Origin: Phoronis australis | Taxonomy: Eukaryota > Animalia > Phoronida | Assembly (NCBI GenBank): GCA_002633005.1 | Contig: NMRA01000332.1 | Location: 464,625 to 501,054, forward strand | Direction: 5' to 3' | DNA length: 36,430 nucleotides | Shown: one piece after another, positions 35,816 through 36,430 of the stretch | Numbering within the stretch: the stretch's first letter is position 1 | How the letters are laid out: every line of letters begins with the position of its first letter | Notes under the pieces: generated by a model | Databases searched by the model: none | What the model was told of the DNA's origin: nothing | The model's input: only the letters and a program-made list of their open reading frames with translations | Position numbers and translations under genes: made by a program

Positions 35816-36430
35816 TATGACATCAAAGATACTGTATAGTCTATGCTGGCATGACTGATGGCCTGAAGTGTCTGTTGCTACAGACAAGTCGGTGCTTAAA
35901 ATTTATGTTCGGGAAATGTGAATCTTAGATATTTTGGTTGTGCCTTTTCGGAATGCATCTTTCTACTGTGGATGACTTTTGTTTCCGATACTGTCCAGTA
36001 TGAGTAACACACCGATTAAATTGGACAGATGTGTGTTTATTGTACATGCATATGCTTCAAGCACGCTGCTATTAAACATCACTGCAGAAACGAAATAGTT
36101 GCATTAGCATTAGGCTAAAAATCGTTCACAGTTCGCCATTTTTTCACGGTGTTGTAAAGCTAACCAATGACTGCTCAGGTTACATCAACCAATGCTAAAG
36201 CGCGTGCCACTGCGTGATACCTGCGTGCTGGCTAGGCACGTAGGGCACCAGCGAGGCTAACTTATCGAGTCTGATCTCTAGTAATAACGAGCTTTCATCT
36301 CGTCCGATGACTTATCTCTAACCTGACTAAGGAACAAGTTAAGACCAGATTTATAATGGTATGTACCGGTACTTCAGTATTATTTTGCCAGATTTATAGG
36401 CGCTTTATTGACACAGTGCAGTTTGAAGTA

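Overview
AT-rich, intron-containing animal genomic DNA, probably from a marine invertebrate (taxon not determinable here). It holds a complete 11-coding-exon DSCC1/DCC1 gene on the minus strand (13824-26808, 391 aa when spliced by hand). Head-to-head with it, only 107 bp between start codons, are the first five coding exons of an EPS15/EPS15L1-family gene on the plus strand (26916 onward, running off the window). A signal-peptide plus coiled-coil exon of an unidentified gene lies on the minus strand near 1.7-2.0 kb. The rest is mostly transposon debris: a ~3.5 kb decayed Academ element in EPS15 intron 1, a Penelope GIY-YIG fragment with a hammerhead-like motif, a probable internally deleted Kolobok/THAP element, a solo LTR, several MITE families (one with 5-bp TSDs), tRNA-derived SINE heads and short tandem duplications. 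There are two single-N assembly gaps, and one creates a false partial exon duplication. I found no convincing new biological system; the best leads are the very compact bidirectional promoter and several degenerate hammerhead-like motifs. Family assignments come from recalled motifs, not database searches.
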